NCBI GenBank assembly: GCA_052279835.1 | Contig: CP181291.1 | Location: 3,712,001-3,776,000 of the forward strand | Direction of reading: 5' to 3' | DNA from: Microcoleus sp. | Lineage (GTDB): Bacteria > Cyanobacteriota > Cyanobacteriia > Cyanobacteriales > Microcoleaceae | DNA: 64,000 bases | In this document: in pieces, positions 63,660 through 64,000 of the stretch | Numbering within the stretch: position 1 is the stretch's first letter | How the letters are laid out: each line of letters starts with the position of its first letter | The notes under the pieces: generated by a model | The model's input: the letters and a program-made list of their open reading frames with translations, nothing else | The model's database searches: none | Told to the model about the DNA's origin: nothing | Translations under genes and position numbers: made by a program

Positions 63660-64000
63660 ATGAAGCGTTACGGTAATCTTTGGCAAAAAATTGTAGATTT
63701 TGGCAACTTGCTGTCAGCAGCAAAGCTAGCACAGCAAGGAAAAAGATTTCGCCCCAATGTCCTTGCTTTCAATTATAACCTAGAACGAGAACTGTTTAAA
63801 CTGAAAGAAGAACTAGAATCAAAAACTTATCTACCAGGCCCTTATAAAACCTTTGAAATTGTAGAACCAAAACGGCGGATGATATCGGCCGCACCTTATC
63901 GAGATAGAGTGGTTCACCACGCTTTGTGCAATATCGTAGTCCCCATTTTTTAACGCACTTTCATTCACGATTCCTATGCAAATCGCATCGGTTTTGGGAC
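63660..64000 (+). pseudogene. DGR reverse transcriptase, N-terminal part, with in-frame TAA at 63951-63953 (3' truncated by window)
   Basis: [34 protein letters not shown]; frame continues after the stop as RTFIHDSYANRIGFG. Confidence 0.88.

Noticed and set aside
63660..64000. Group II intron or retron RT
   Set aside because: Adjacent avd and an adenine-biased TR/VR pair identify it as a DGR RT

Overview
64-kb window from a filamentous cyanobacterium (Microcoleus/Oscillatoriales-like, inferred from abundant HIP1 GCGATCGC, heptamer STRR tracts, palindromic REP-like repeats and cyanobacterial genes such as cruP, ntcB, cpcT, psb29, ndhS, smtA). Most of it is housekeeping and metal/nitrogen metabolism. 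Highlights: (1) a diversity-generating retroelement at the right end: a TPR/FGE-type C-lectin target with VR 61699-61871, TR 62244-62416 (10 of 11 mismatches at TR adenines), avd and RT. Its oddities are a 6 x 97-bp hairpin array that repeats the avd start, a nonsense codon in the RT, stop codons inside the mutable region, and a duplicated target 5' end. (2) A non-autonomous IS200/IS605-type IsrB (OMEGA) element apparently inserted between the ribosome-binding site and the ATG of a Uma2 gene. (3) A two-gene pair sharing a 29-aa RHIM-like G/S/V motif (C-terminus of one, N-terminus of the next), a candidate amyloid-signalling module. Also present: a cobalamin riboswitch over a DUF1636-cobW-COG0523-WD40 cluster, an NtcA promoter before ntcB, smtA/smtB, an exosortase O/PEP-CTERM pair, a MITE, and four +1 homopolymer frameshifts that may be sequencing errors. 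All family assignments are by motif recognition; no database search was run.
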